From the NCBI GenBank assembly GCA_028707125.1, contig JAQTUX010000002.1, forward strand, positions 16,355 to 80,354: DNA of 64,000 bases, in the 5' to 3' direction. Below are positions 1 through 9,584 of this stretch, one piece after another. The notes beneath the pieces are model-generated. The model had not been told where the DNA came from. It did not search any database and saw nothing but the letters and a program-made list of their open reading frames with translations. Within the stretch, counting starts at the first letter, position 1; the number at the start of each line of letters is the position of its first letter. The DNA comes from Candidatus Omnitrophota bacterium. Lineage in GTDB: Bacteria; Omnitrophota; Gorgyraeia; Gygaellales; JAQTUX01. Both the position numbers and the translations under genes were made by a program.

Positions 1-761
1 AGCTCCCGGGTGTGCGCGTGCTTCGGGCTGGAAAAGATCTGCTCTCTGCCGCCCGACTCCACTATCTCTCCCCTGTACATTATCGCCACATCATCCGCTA
101 TCTTACGCACAATGGACAGATCGTGGGTTATGAATAGAACGGAAAATCCGAATTTATTTTTCAGGTCAAGCAAAAGGCGCAATATCTCTGACTGGGTATT
201 AACGTCAAGCGCGGTGGTCGGCTCGTCCGCGATGAGAAGTTTGGGGCTGCTTGCCAGCGCCGTAGCTATCATCGCCCTCTGGTTCATCCCTCCGGAAAGC
301 TGATGAGGATACTGCCCGAACACGTCTTCCGGACGCGGCATCCTCGCCATCCTGAGAAGTTCAATGGCCCTCTTTCTTGTCTCGGCCCTGTCTGTCTTCT
401 GGTGGAACGCCACGCATTCGCCGACCTGCTCTCCGATGGATAATACCGGGTTAAGATACGCTGCCGGCTCCTGAAAAATATAAGAGATCTCGCTGCCCCT
501 CAATTCCTGCAAGCGTTGCCGGCTCAGGGAAAATATATCTAAGCCGTCAAAATATACCCTGCCTCTGATGATCCTCGCCGAGGGCGGAAGGATATTGGTG
601 ATGGAAAGGGCTGTGATGGTCTTGCCCGAGCCGCTCTCTCCGGCAAGGGCGAATATGGAGCGCGGCCTGACAGCAAGGGTGGCCTCCCTGACCGCTGAGA
701 TCACCTTATCCCCTATCCGGATATCTACCTTAAGCCCCTCTATCCTGAGCAGATCTTCCAA
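1..761 (-). CDS. ABC transporter ATP-binding protein of a Dpp/Opp-type peptide transporter. It is partial, with the 3' end beyond the window edge.
   Basis: Minus-strand translation gives Walker A GESGSGKT and Walker B LLIADEPTTALD. A TTG start at 761 sits right after the TGA stop of the upstream permease. The ORF track does not list it because it is cut by the window edge. Confidence 0.8.
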   Translation of the reverse strand, partial: MEDLLRIEGLKVDIRIGDKVISAVREATLAVRPRSIFALAGESGSGKTITALSITNILPPSARIIRGRVYFDGLDIFSLSRQRLQELRGSEISYIFQEPAAYLNPVLSIGEQVGECVAFHQKTDRAETRKRAIELLRMARMPRPEDVFGQYPHQLSGGMNQRAMIATALASSPKLLIADEPTTALDVNTQSEILRLLLDLKNKFGFSVLFITHDLSIVRKIADDVAIMYRGEIVESGGREQIFSSPKHAHTRE

Positions 762-1556
762 TCAGGACCTCCCCCTTAAACCCTCTCCGATAAAATTAAA
801 TCCCAGTATAGTCAGCAGTATCGCCATACCGGGGAATAACATCAACCACCATGCCACGCCCAAAGTTGACTTTGCCTCTATAAGCATATTGCCCCAGCTG
901 GGCGTGGGCGGCTGAACGCCTAAGCCGAGAAAACTTAAAGACGACTCAAGAAGTATGGCGGCGGAAATGCCTAAGATAGCGCTTACCAGCACCGGGCCTA
1001 TGGCGTTAGGTATAAGATGCCGGAAGATGATCCTGAAGTTGGAGGCCCCTATTGCCACCTCTGCCTGTATAAACTCCCTGTGCCTCAAGGACAGGATCTC
1101 CGCCCGGATAAGGCGGGCAGTGCCCATCCAGCTGGTAATGCCGATTATGAACATTATATTGAATATTGACGGTTCAAGCAGAGCCACGACGCTCAGTATC
1201 AGGAAAAAAGCGGGAAAGCACAACATTATATCCGTGAAACGCATTATCAGCGAATCCAGCCAGCCGCCGTAAAACCCGGAAATAGAGCCCAGCATCACCC
1301 CGATCAACACCGCGATACCCACCGCGATAAAACCTATGGAAAGCGAGATGCGCGCGCCGAAAACCATACGGCTGAATATGTCCCTGCCCAGCGAATCCGT
1401 GCCGAAGATGTGCGCCTTTGAAGGCGACATAAGCAGGTTATCGGCGTCTATGCTGCCCGGGTCATAAGGCGCGACCGCGGGCGCGAATATTGCCAGGATG
1501 GCGAAGAGGGAGATTATTATGGCCCCGGCTATAAACAAACCTTTGTTTTCTCTCAT
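762..1556 (-). CDS. Peptide ABC transporter permease, DppC/OppC family.
   Basis: Polytopic membrane protein carrying the conserved BPD-transporter EAA-like loop (IGASNFRIIFRHLIPNAIGPVL). It sits in operon order with the B permease and the ATPase. Confidence 0.85.
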   Translation of the reverse strand: MRENKGLFIAGAIIISLFAILAIFAPAVAPYDPGSIDADNLLMSPSKAHIFGTDSLGRDIFSRMVFGARISLSIGFIAVGIAVLIGVMLGSISGFYGGWLDSLIMRFTDIMLCFPAFFLILSVVALLEPSIFNIMFIIGITSWMGTARLIRAEILSLRHREFIQAEVAIGASNFRIIFRHLIPNAIGPVLVSAILGISAAILLESSLSFLGLGVQPPTPSWGNMLIEAKSTLGVAWWLMLFPGMAILLTILGFNFIGEGLRGRS

Positions 1557-2534
1557 CTATATTTTCTTATACCTGATCCTCGGGTCAACGCAGGCGTAAG
1601 AGATATCAGCCAGCATATTGCCCAGCAGGGTCAGGATAGAGGTTATTACAAGCTCCGCCATGATCAAAGGATAATCCCTGCTCATTACCGCCTCAAAAAA
1701 GAGTTTGCCTAAACCCGGGATGCCGAACACGCTTTCCAGGATCACGCTGCCGCCTAAAAGCCCGGGCACTGAAAGCCCCAATATTGTCACCACCGGCAAC
1801 AGCGCGTTCTTCATCGCGTGCTTGTAGATCACCACTTTCTCGGGCAGCCCTTTAGCCCTTGCCGTATAAATATAGGGCATCTTCAACTCGCGTATCATAT
1901 TCTGCCTCATATAACGGCTCATCCCTGCCAGGCCGCCGAACGCGGAAACGAACACAGGCAGGACAAGATGGCTGGACATATCAATAAGTTTTCCCGGCCA
2001 GCTCAGATACTCAAAGTTCAACGACTTCAGCCCTGATATGGGAAACCAATGCATCTTCACGCCAAAAAAGTCCATCAGCGCCAGCGCCAGCCAAAATGAC
2101 GGCATGGCAAATCCCACAAAAACAAACACGGTAAAGAATTTATCATACAGCGTATTCTGCCGCACCGCGCTGCTTATGCCTATGGGAAGCGCGGCCGCCA
2201 AGATCAGGCATATTGCCAGTATGTTTATCGCCAGTGTTATGCCTACGCGCTCCTTTATCTTGTCCATTACCGGCCTTGAATCCAGGAACGACCTGCCGAA
2301 ATCAAGCTTGGCAACCCGCTTGAACCAGTCCACATACTGGATATGAAGCGGCTTGTCCAGGCCATAGAGCCGCTCCAGTTTCTGCCTGACTTCGGGAGAG
2401 AATTTCGGGTTCATCGCCTCGGTCATCGTGGTGGGCTTGCCCGGCGCCAGGTGTATCACGGCAAAACTGATTACCGTGATCCCCAGCAGAAGCGGGATCA
2501 TATGCAGCAACCTGCGTAATATATAAGCGATCAT
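1557..2534 (-). CDS. Peptide ABC transporter permease, DppB/OppB family.
   Basis: N-terminus [32 protein letters not shown] is typical of DppB/OppB. Multi-TM protein with operon context. Confidence 0.85.
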   Translation of the reverse strand: MIAYILRRLLHMIPLLLGITVISFAVIHLAPGKPTTMTEAMNPKFSPEVRQKLERLYGLDKPLHIQYVDWFKRVAKLDFGRSFLDSRPVMDKIKERVGITLAINILAICLILAAALPIGISSAVRQNTLYDKFFTVFVFVGFAMPSFWLALALMDFFGVKMHWFPISGLKSLNFEYLSWPGKLIDMSSHLVLPVFVSAFGGLAGMSRYMRQNMIRELKMPYIYTARAKGLPEKVVIYKHAMKNALLPVVTILGLSVPGLLGGSVILESVFGIPGLGKLFFEAVMSRDYPLIMAELVITSILTLLGNMLADISYACVDPRIRYKKI

Positions 2535-4162
2535 TGCTTCATCCTGTATTTCTGCTCACTCAAAGGCACCCACCATTTGATAAAATTCCAGCCGATCCCC
2601 AAAGGCGCGGCCTCAACGCCCCTGAAGCGCTTATGAAGCGCCTGCAAAGAATCAGGCACGTAGAGGAACATATACGGCTGGTCGTCATAAATCATCTTGT
2701 GCGCCTTATGGTAATACCCTTTACGCTTATCTATGTCAAACTCGCGCCTGGCCTCATTCAGCAGGCGGTCAACCTCAGCGTTCTTATAGCCGATAAAATT
2801 GAATTCTCCTTCTCTGGTCTTGGAGGAATGCCAGATATCAAAGATATCGGGTTCGCGGCCCAGCGACCACCCCAGGAGCACGGCGTCAAAATCACGCTTG
2901 TCAATATACTCCGCCAGCAGCACGCTCCATTCTATGACCTTGAGCTTCACCTTTACGCCTAACGGCTCAAGGCGCCTCTGGATTATTTCGGCAACGCGAA
3001 TCCTCTGCTCATTGCCCTGATTAGTGATGATGGTGAACTCAAATACCCTGCCGCCTTTGTCCAGCCAGCCGTCATTATCGCTATCATGCCAACCGGCTTC
3101 AGCCAACAGCTTCTTTGACATCGCGGGATCAAAGTGGCGCGCCAACACCTCCTTATTGTATGCCCATGATTCAGGGGCAAAAGGCCCGGTAGCCGGCCTG
3201 CCCAGCCCCAACAGCACGATCTTAATGATCTCATTCTTATCAACCGCGTAGTCCAGCGCCTGCCTCACCCTTACATCTTTGAATAGATCGTTGTTCAGAT
3301 TATAACCTAAATAGGTAAAACCAAAACTGGGCAGGTTATATTTGGAGAAACGGCTCCGGAAAAACCCGGAATCCGTCTGCCTCCTGTACTGCAAAGGCGT
3401 CAGCCCGGCTGAATCTATGTTTTCCATCTGAAGCTCAAGGAATATCGTCGCCGTATCAGGGATGACCCTGTAGACATACCTGTCTATGAACGGCCTGCCT
3501 TCAAAGTATTCGCTGTTGGCTTCCAGCTCTATCCTGTCCTGCGTAAGCCATCTCTTGAACTTATAGGGGCCGGTGCCTACGGGGCGGCGGGAAAAATCAG
3601 ATATGTCCAGGTCCTCATTCTTAAGCAGATGCTCCGGCATGATCCACATACCCCAGCTGCTCAGGCCCGGAGAAAACGGCTCTTTGTATCTTACCCTCAC
3701 CGTATGATCGTCAACCGCTTCCAGTTCAGCGACCTTCTCAAAGTCACCGGAATAAGGCGTCTTGACTTTCGGGTCAACCAGCTTATTATAGGTAAATTCA
3801 ACATCGCGGCTGGTGAATTCCCTGCCGTCATGCCACTTGACGCCGCGCCTTAAATGAAACACGATGGTCAGCCCCGCGTCAAGCACATCCCAGCTCTCTG
3901 CCAGGTCGCCGGTCAGTTTTATGTCTTTATCGTATTTAAGCAGGCCGTTAAAGATCAAGCCGCAGATCTCAGCGGAAGAGGAATCAGAGGCAAGTATGGG
4001 TATGAGCGTGCGCGCGTCGCCGATGGAAACGGAAACAAAGGCATCGCCTTGATCCCCGGCATAGCATACGGCGTTCAGAGAAAACAAAAGGACTATCGCT
4101 ATCAGCAATAGTCCTCTAAAATCCTGCCTTGGGTTCCGGTTATTTTGCTTGCTCAGGCACAC
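2531..4162 (-). CDS. Periplasmic substrate-binding protein of a peptide/nickel ABC transporter (SBP family 5).
   Basis: 543 aa with a signal-peptide-like N-terminus and family-5 SBP length and composition. It lies immediately upstream of the permease genes and overlaps the secG 3' end by about 23 nt. Confidence 0.75.
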   Translation of the reverse strand: MCLSKQNNRNPRQDFRGLLLIAIVLLFSLNAVCYAGDQGDAFVSVSIGDARTLIPILASDSSSAEICGLIFNGLLKYDKDIKLTGDLAESWDVLDAGLTIVFHLRRGVKWHDGREFTSRDVEFTYNKLVDPKVKTPYSGDFEKVAELEAVDDHTVRVRYKEPFSPGLSSWGMWIMPEHLLKNEDLDISDFSRRPVGTGPYKFKRWLTQDRIELEANSEYFEGRPFIDRYVYRVIPDTATIFLELQMENIDSAGLTPLQYRRQTDSGFFRSRFSKYNLPSFGFTYLGYNLNNDLFKDVRVRQALDYAVDKNEIIKIVLLGLGRPATGPFAPESWAYNKEVLARHFDPAMSKKLLAEAGWHDSDNDGWLDKGGRVFEFTIITNQGNEQRIRVAEIIQRRLEPLGVKVKLKVIEWSVLLAEYIDKRDFDAVLLGWSLGREPDIFDIWHSSKTREGEFNFIGYKNAEVDRLLNEARREFDIDKRKGYYHKAHKMIYDDQPYMFLYVPDSLQALHKRFRGVEAAPLGIGWNFIKWWVPLSEQKYRMKQ

Positions 4163-4514
4163 TGGCTTGAGGTTGAGGAACGGGCTCTGCCTGCTCCTGA
4201 ACGGCTGCCGGCGGCTGCGGCTTGCTTATATCCTGTATAGACGAATCAGCCGCGGACGCTACCGAGGCAGCTGACTCCATAAGCGAACGGGACTGCCGCG
4301 CGGAAAGAAAGGCGATCACCAAAGAAGAACAGAGAAAGGCAGTGGCCAGGATAGCGGTGGTCTTGGCGATAAAAGAGCTGGTCTTTGTGCCGAAGATCGA
4401 CTCCATGCCGGAAGCCATCTCAACAAGGCCGCCTCCTTTGCCCTGCTGGATAAGTATCACCGCTATCAACAATACGCATATGATCACGTGTAACGCGGTA
4501 AGTAATCCTAACAT
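4140..4514 (-). CDS. secG: Preprotein translocase subunit SecG.
   Basis: N-terminus MLGLLTALHVIICVLLIAVILIQQGKGGG is SecG-like, with two TM segments. It sits in the conserved position downstream of tpiA. Confidence 0.85.
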   Translation of the reverse strand: MLGLLTALHVIICVLLIAVILIQQGKGGGLVEMASGMESIFGTKTSSFIAKTTAILATAFLCSSLVIAFLSARQSRSLMESAASVASAADSSIQDISKPQPPAAVQEQAEPVPQPQASVPEQAK

Positions 4515-5281
4515 TATTTACTCACTCCTCTTGAATTGTTGACTATTGCCGCGAACGACTCTGCCTCAAGGCTGGCGCCTCCCACAAGCGCTCCGTCAAT
4601 ATCCGCTTGAGCCATTAACTCGCGCGCATTAGCCGGCTTAACGCTGCCTCCGTACTGAATACGCACGCTGCCGGCAACATCATCATTATACAACTTTGCC
4701 AGCAATTTGCGAATAAAATTATGCGCTTCCTGCGCCTGCTGCGGGGTGGCGGTCTTGCCTGTGCCTATCGCCCATACCGGCTCATAGGCAACCACAATTC
4801 CAGCCGCGTCTTCCGCGGAGATCCCATCAAAGGCGCCCTTTATATGGCTCTCTATGATGGCGAAGGTCTGGCCTTTTTCCCGCTGCGTGAGGTTCTCTCC
4901 CACGCAGGCAATAGGCGTAAGCCCTGCTTTCAATACCGCCTTCACCTTTTTGTTCACCGTCTGATCTGTTTCGGAAAAGAACTGCCGCCTTTCTGAATGC
5001 CCGACAATGATGAATTTTGCCCCGGCGTCCTTTAACATCGGCGCGGAAACCTCTCCCGTGAAAGCGCCGCTGTCTTCCCAATAGCAGTCCTGCGCTCCAA
5101 CCTGTATGTTTGTCTCAAACAACGCCTCGGCAACCTCAGCCAGCGCCGTAAAAGGCGGACAGACCACCAGCTCTACTTCTTCCACGTCCAGAAGCTGCCG
5201 CTTAAGGTTATTCACCAGCTCAAGCGACTCGGCGATGGTCTTATTCAATTTCCAGTTACCGGCTATTATCGGCCTTCTCAT
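4514..5281 (-). CDS. tpiA: Triosephosphate isomerase.
   Basis: [15 protein letters not shown] and the AYEPVWAIGTGKTAT TIM signature. Confidence 0.95.
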   Translation of the reverse strand: MRRPIIAGNWKLNKTIAESLELVNNLKRQLLDVEEVELVVCPPFTALAEVAEALFETNIQVGAQDCYWEDSGAFTGEVSAPMLKDAGAKFIIVGHSERRQFFSETDQTVNKKVKAVLKAGLTPIACVGENLTQREKGQTFAIIESHIKGAFDGISAEDAAGIVVAYEPVWAIGTGKTATPQQAQEAHNFIRKLLAKLYNDDVAGSVRIQYGGSVKPANARELMAQADIDGALVGGASLEAESFAAIVNNSRGVSK

Positions 5282-6462
5282 TATTTTTTGTCCTTCAGTG
5301 CCGCGATGCCGGGAAGGATTTTTCCCTCCATAAGCTCAAGAGATGCCCCGCCGCCGGTTGAGATGTGGGTCATTTTGTCTTCCAGTTTAAATTTGGCTAT
5401 TGCCGCCGCGGTATCGCCGCCGCCGATTATCGTGGTGGCTCCCAACGCGGCTATCAGGTTGGCTATCTCTTCTGTGCCCTTCTTAAAAGAATCCCATTCG
5501 GAAACCCCAAGCGGGCCGTTCCATACTACTGTCTTGGCGCCTTTTAAGGCGGCCTTGAACTTTTCTATTGTCTTTGGCCCGATATCAAGGGCCATCAGGC
5601 CTTCGGGGATATCCTCGGAGTCAATAACGTGGGGCTCTGCCGAGGCGTCAAACCTGTCAGACGCTACATGGTCTACAGGAAGGGCTATGTTCACATTCTT
5701 TGTCCTGGCGTCGTCCAGGATCTTCTTGGCGATATTTACTTTATCCGGCTCAAGCTTGGAACTGCCGACATTCTTGCCTAAGGCAACAAGGAAGGTGTAG
5801 GCCATTCCTCCGCCGATTATGATGCAGTCGGCCTTGGGCAGCAGATTTTCGATCACACCTATTTTGTCGGAGATCTTGGCGCCGCCGAGGATTATCACGA
5901 AGGGCTTTTTGGGTTTATCCAGGGCGCCGATAAGGTACTCTATTTCTTTCTCCAGCAGGAAGCCGGCTACCGAAGGCAGGTATTTTGTAACGCCTTCTGT
6001 TGATGCGTGCGCTCTATGGGCTGTGCCGAAGGCGTCATTGACGAATATGTCTGCCAGGCCTGCCAGTTCTTTGGCGAAGGCAGGGTCATTGGCTTCTTCT
6101 TCGGCGTGGAATCTCAAGTTCTCCAGCAGGATGACTTTTTCTTTCGCGGCATCGACTTCTGCCTTGACTTTGACGCAGTCGTTGAGTTTTTTCACGGGCA
6201 TATTCAGGAGTTTGTTTAATCTCTCGGCTACGGGCTGTAAGCTGTATTTTGCCTCCGGCTTGCCCTTTGGCCTGCCCAGATGGCTCATCAGGATTAACTT
6301 TGCCGCGCCTTTGTCCAGGATGTATTTCATTGTGGGGACTGCCGCGCGTATTCTGATGTCATCGGTGATGTTCAAAGATTCATCGAGCGGCACATTAAAG
6401 TCCGCCCGCATAAGCACTTTTTTGCCTTTCAGGTCAATGTCTCTAATAGTCATTTTATCCAT
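5281..6462 (-). CDS. pgk: Phosphoglycerate kinase.
   Basis: [27 protein letters not shown] aligns to the Pgk N-terminus. The likely start is the ATG at 6462, with GGAGG 7 nt upstream. The ORF-track start at 6531 is a GTG inside an upstream hairpin and is probably an over-extension. Confidence 0.93.
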   Translation of the reverse strand: MDKMTIRDIDLKGKKVLMRADFNVPLDESLNITDDIRIRAAVPTMKYILDKGAAKLILMSHLGRPKGKPEAKYSLQPVAERLNKLLNMPVKKLNDCVKVKAEVDAAKEKVILLENLRFHAEEEANDPAFAKELAGLADIFVNDAFGTAHRAHASTEGVTKYLPSVAGFLLEKEIEYLIGALDKPKKPFVIILGGAKISDKIGVIENLLPKADCIIIGGGMAYTFLVALGKNVGSSKLEPDKVNIAKKILDDARTKNVNIALPVDHVASDRFDASAEPHVIDSEDIPEGLMALDIGPKTIEKFKAALKGAKTVVWNGPLGVSEWDSFKKGTEEIANLIAALGATTIIGGGDTAAAIAKFKLEDKMTHISTGGGASLELMEGKILPGIAALKDKK

Positions 6463-6520
6463 AGTCATACCTCCGAAAGAACATATTTTACGCCAATATG
6501 TCTTTTTGTCAATACTTTCT

Positions 6521-6600
6521 CCTCTACACACTTACGTGTGTAGAATCGTCTATCTTCCAAGCTTACCATGCCCCACACGTAAGTGTGGGGTAGCATTTCG
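6521..6600. repeat. Dual-hairpin intergenic element, copy 1: tctacacacTTACgtgtgtaga, a roughly 28-nt spacer, then ccccacacGTAAgtgtgggg.
   Basis: Two perfect 8-9 bp stems with 4-nt loops. A near-identical unit recurs at 26425-26503, and a single-hairpin version at 46711-46730. It lies upstream of a TTGACA-16-TAAAAT promoter for pgk. Confidence 0.7.
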
Positions 6601-6766
6601 TTCTAGGCAGCGGGGCCTGTCTTTGGACAGCCCCACCCCGTGCTCATTACCATAACGGACGGGAGAACTCCGCGCGGGGCGGGGCGCCCCGTCCAAAGCC
6701 ACCCGCTGAGACATCAGCGAGACATCCTCAACGTCCCTCGAAACCCAGCCAAGCCATCCGCTACAA
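6596..6766. repeat. GC-rich palindromic repeat, copy A (REP/MITE-like), the left boundary of the low-GC cassette.
   Basis: cctgtctttggacagccccaccccgtgctcattac ... gaactccgcgcggggcggggcgccccgtccaaagccaccc is near-identical to the reverse complement of 8966-9068. It contains internal inverted sub-repeats (ctttggac...gtccaaag). Confidence 0.75.
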
Positions 6767-6907
6767 TAATCTGTCGGCACCAAAACAAAACGGCGCCAAT
6801 TTCTCAGCGCCGATAAGTGTCACATTTTGTGACACCTTAATATTTCTTCTATAACTCGTTAGGGGTAATTAGATTGCGTAAAGCGCCTGAAGGATTAGCG
6901 ATTAGGA

Positions 6908-8131
6908 TTATACGGTAAATCTTTCAACAGTAGTCATATCTATAATCCCAGAACTAATATTCTTCAAAATGATAAAAGGTTTTAATAATGGATTTTTAAA
7001 TCGATATCTGTATCGTTTAGGTTTACCTATCTTTTCTAAAACATCTCCTCGATCGGCACTACATAATTGACTTAAATTATACGCGAAATAAGAAACAGTC
7101 ATCGTCGTCCTTTCGGTTATATATTTAAGAGGGGCTAAAATATCCATTGCACGGAAAGTTCCGTAATCATCTACAGGTGCCAAAGCACAAGCAAGCAAAA
7201 CTTCGCTAAACATTGTTTTCTTTGAAGCTATAGTTGCTTTTTGATACAAATCTCTTATGCTTTCTTGTGTATCATCTAAGGCCTGTTCTATTGCCATTTC
7301 AAAATCTGCTGAAGTGATTTCATTTCTTTCACTAATAATAGCTTGTTTAGCACAATATTTAGATAACAAATGAGTATAATGCGGAAATCCTTGAGATAGA
7401 CTTGCAATGCGATTTTTTATTTCCTCGTTCATGTTGAGCGCTAAAATACTAAGACCCTTATTTATGATCTCCTTGAGTTCTTCACGAGACATACGTTGAA
7501 GAAAGACTTGCCGAAGATTTCTTTCAATCGAAGCGTGTTCTCCTATTAACTCATTTACATTATGTGCAACGCCAACTATAACTAAAGTAACGTTAAATAA
7601 ACTGTCGGAAAAAGCTTTAATAATATCTGAAAAAAGTCGCTTAGTTTTAGTATCGTCTACTCTATCAAATTCATCAATAATTAATATTATAAATTTCGAA
7701 ATCTTCTCGAAAATATGTACAACATCATCTGGATTTATTGGCTTATCTGGAGAAAGAAAGCCATTAAGAGAAAAGGATTTTAACTCTGTATCTTTACCAA
7801 AGCCAAGCTTAGCCTGCTCTGAGGTTATATATATCCGCTTAAGCAATTTTCTCCAGATAGCTGAAAAATCATCATTGGTAACGCAGTTTACTTTAACAAC
7901 TATTTGAGCAGGTAATAACTCATTAATTATATTCGATAAAGAAGTCTTTCCAACCCCCCTCTCTCCGTATAAAATAGCATGACGTCCTTTTTCGTTTATG
8001 CTTGCATAAACTGCATCAATTTGCGATATTCTCCCTGCAAATAAATCTTTCTTATCAATAGGTGCGGATGGTGAAAATATGGAATCTAATAATATAAGTT
8101 TTTCTGTCTTAGGGTCGATTTGTTGATCCAT
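6908..8131 (-). CDS. AAA+ ATPase of the ATPase_2 (Arch_ATPase, COG1672-like) family, with a C-terminal DUF234-like domain I take to be a winged helix.
   Basis: Walker A GERGVGKTSL and Walker B IILIIDEFD. The C-terminal KPKRYRYRFKNPLLKPFI resembles the DUF234 motif. The gene is AT-rich relative to its flanks and has an AAGGGAGGA RBS. Confidence 0.7.
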   Translation of the reverse strand: MDQQIDPKTEKLILLDSIFSPSAPIDKKDLFAGRISQIDAVYASINEKGRHAILYGERGVGKTSLSNIINELLPAQIVVKVNCVTNDDFSAIWRKLLKRIYITSEQAKLGFGKDTELKSFSLNGFLSPDKPINPDDVVHIFEKISKFIILIIDEFDRVDDTKTKRLFSDIIKAFSDSLFNVTLVIVGVAHNVNELIGEHASIERNLRQVFLQRMSREELKEIINKGLSILALNMNEEIKNRIASLSQGFPHYTHLLSKYCAKQAIISERNEITSADFEMAIEQALDDTQESIRDLYQKATIASKKTMFSEVLLACALAPVDDYGTFRAMDILAPLKYITERTTMTVSYFAYNLSQLCSADRGDVLEKIGKPKRYRYRFKNPLLKPFIILKNISSGIIDMTTVERFTV

Positions 8132-8236
8132 GAGTCCTCCCTTTTTATGCAGAATAAATTCTCCAGCCGCTTTACATTACTTCCGTTACCACAAGAAATT
8201 ATTTCAATGAGAACCGTCCCCGTTACACGTATATTT

Positions 8237-8764
8237 CTATTGTAATTCATCTCTGCTGCCTACTTTAAAAAGCTTTGTAATACGGCTATCAGTTCTTAGT
8301 TTTAAATTCTTATCTCTAGCAATATCTATCATAAATTTTTTTACTGCTTTAAAAAAATCTCTGGTAAAACGTGGTATGCTTATAAGAACTAAATCTTTCT
8401 CTTTAGAGGGGTTATAAATATGTTCCGAACCATTATGATAAACAAAGATTTTACAGCTTTTCGTTTCACTTAAACGTGATTCCACTCCATATCTATGAAC
8501 AATTCCGCACCTTGCTCCATATATATCTATACTTCTATATTGATATGATTGCTGTAAATCTGTTTTCATATATTTTTCTACCCAATTAATATAATCTTTT
8601 CGCTTAACTTCCTTTTGTGCCAATGGCATTGCTAAAAAAGCCATCGCGTCAATTGCAGAAAGAGTAAGTATAACTGAACCAGCTACAATACCATTATTTT
8701 CCGCTTTTTTAATATCTCCACAAATACCATCAACTATAATCTCTATATAAAGACTTTTAGCCAT
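8237..8764 (-). CDS. Hypothetical protein of 175 aa, co-located with the ATPase in the low-GC cassette.
   Basis: Clean ORF with AT-rich codon usage matching the neighbouring ATPase. An upstream TTGAGC-16-TATAAT promoter is present. I recognise no family. Confidence 0.5.
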   Translation of the reverse strand: MAKSLYIEIIVDGICGDIKKAENNGIVAGSVILTLSAIDAMAFLAMPLAQKEVKRKDYINWVEKYMKTDLQQSYQYRSIDIYGARCGIVHRYGVESRLSETKSCKIFVYHNGSEHIYNPSKEKDLVLISIPRFTRDFFKAVKKFMIDIARDKNLKLRTDSRITKLFKVGSRDELQ

Positions 8765-8857
8765 ATAACAATCCGAATAACTTACTAATTGTTCATCTTT
8801 TCTATTATACCATCCCGCGGGCGGGGCTCAAATGGAATTTGGAGTTATCCACAACTG

Positions 8858-8929
8858 TAGGGGAGGTTTAAACCTCCCCTACCACTTATATAATATAAAA
8901 GGTGGTCGCAAATTGCGACCACCTTTTAT
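8858..8929. terminator. Pair of perfect hairpins (gtaggggaggtttaaacctcccctac, then ataaaaggtggtcgcaaattgcgaccaccttttat). The second looks like a bidirectional intrinsic terminator.
   Basis: Perfect 9-13 bp stems. The second stem is flanked by A-runs and T-runs on both sides. Confidence 0.55.
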
Positions 8930-8940
8930 ATTATTTCGTA

Positions 8941-9093
8941 GCGTCTGGCTTGGCTGTGATTGCCTCAGTGGGTGGCTTTGGACGGGGCGCCCCGCCCCGC
9001 GCGGAGTTCACCTATGATGAATTAGTAATGAGCACGGGGTGGGGCTGTCCAAAGACAGGACCCGCTGTCTCGAAACACAGCCAAGACAGACGC
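8941..9093. repeat. GC-rich palindromic repeat, copy B (REP/MITE-like), the right boundary of the low-GC cassette. Its own termini are inverted: gcgtctggcttggctg ... cagccaagacagacgc.
   Basis: The reverse complement matches copy A over about 35 + 40 bp with one or two mismatches. It carries 16-bp terminal inverted repeats and an internal imperfect palindrome. Confidence 0.75.
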
Positions 9094-9095
9094 AG

Positions 9096-9127
9096 AAAGT
9101 GTTCCTGAGCGAGAAAGGCAACGGGTT
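9096..9127. repeat. 32-bp direct repeat DR1 (tgagcgagaaaggcaacgggttcattgcatag), followed by a UUCG-type hairpin at 9131-9160.
   Basis: Matches 9849-9880 at 29 of 32 positions in direct orientation. The two copies bracket the protease module. Confidence 0.7.
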
Positions 9128-9185
9128 CATTGCATAGAGATTGCTTCGCCCCTTCGGGGCTCGCAATGACGGAAGCGGCAATTCG

Positions 9186-9584
9186 CTATGATTTTAACGA
9201 AAAGGTAAACTTCGGATAATCTATGGTAAGCAAAAACTTACTCAAGAAACTCTTTACGCCGAGCAGAGAAATGGAAAGATTTGGCAGGAAATCTATTAAA
9301 ACATCCTTAATTGTAAAATCATAAACCTGCAAGCAAACTGTATGCGCATAGGCAATCGTTTCTCCGTTGCCGGTTTTTACCTTTTTAGGATGCCCTTTTT
9401 GCAAATTATGACCGACAATAGCAGCAAAATCGGCTGGGAAGGCGCATTCGTCCGCTCCAGTATCAATTATTCCGTAGGTTCTTAATCTCTTATTTGTATG
9501 AGGATTTATAATAGTTACAGGGAGGGCTACTCGTGGTATATCATTATGGCCAATTTTAATAAAAGGATGATTAACAATATCCAT
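9186..9584 (-). CDS. Retropepsin-like (clan AA) aspartic protease.
   Basis: GIIDTGADECAFP carries the D-T-G-A catalytic signature of retroviral-type aspartyl proteases. The protein is 132 aa, consistent with a single-domain homodimeric retropepsin. Confidence 0.7.
   Translation of the reverse strand: MDIVNHPFIKIGHNDIPRVALPVTIINPHTNKRLRTYGIIDTGADECAFPADFAAIVGHNLQKGHPKKVKTGNGETIAYAHTVCLQVYDFTIKDVLIDFLPNLSISLLGVKSFLSKFLLTIDYPKFTFSLKS

Noticed and set aside
5281-6531. ORF-track pgk start at 6531.
   Set aside because: That start is a GTG lying inside the stem of the upstream hairpin and upstream of the TTGACA/TAAAAT promoter. The ATG at 6462, with GGAGG 7 nt upstream and an N-terminus aligning to Pgk, is far more plausible.
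5819-6655. 278-aa plus-strand ORF antisense to pgk, and similar long plus-strand ORFs (e.g. 21548-22234, 41966-42658, 568-915).
   Set aside because: These are shadow ORFs on the strand opposite well-supported high-GC genes. They translate to low-complexity Ser/Ala/Pro-rich sequences with no motifs, and overlap completely with the convincing minus-strand genes.
6596-9093. 150-bp inverted repeats considered as IS-element terminal inverted repeats or integron attC sites.
   Set aside because: No transposase or integrase lies between or near them, and the enclosed genes are an ATPase and an unknown. The repeats lack the attC core-site consensus GTTRRRY and are longer and more GC-rich than IS TIRs. 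A REP/MITE-like palindromic unit, or a recombination scar, fits better. The mechanism of mobility remains open.
8832-9108. Small plus-strand ORFs 8832-9017 and 8902-9108.
   Set aside because: They lie entirely within the terminator hairpins and the 150-bp palindromic repeat. Their Gly/Pro/Arg-rich translations are what a GC-rich palindrome produces.
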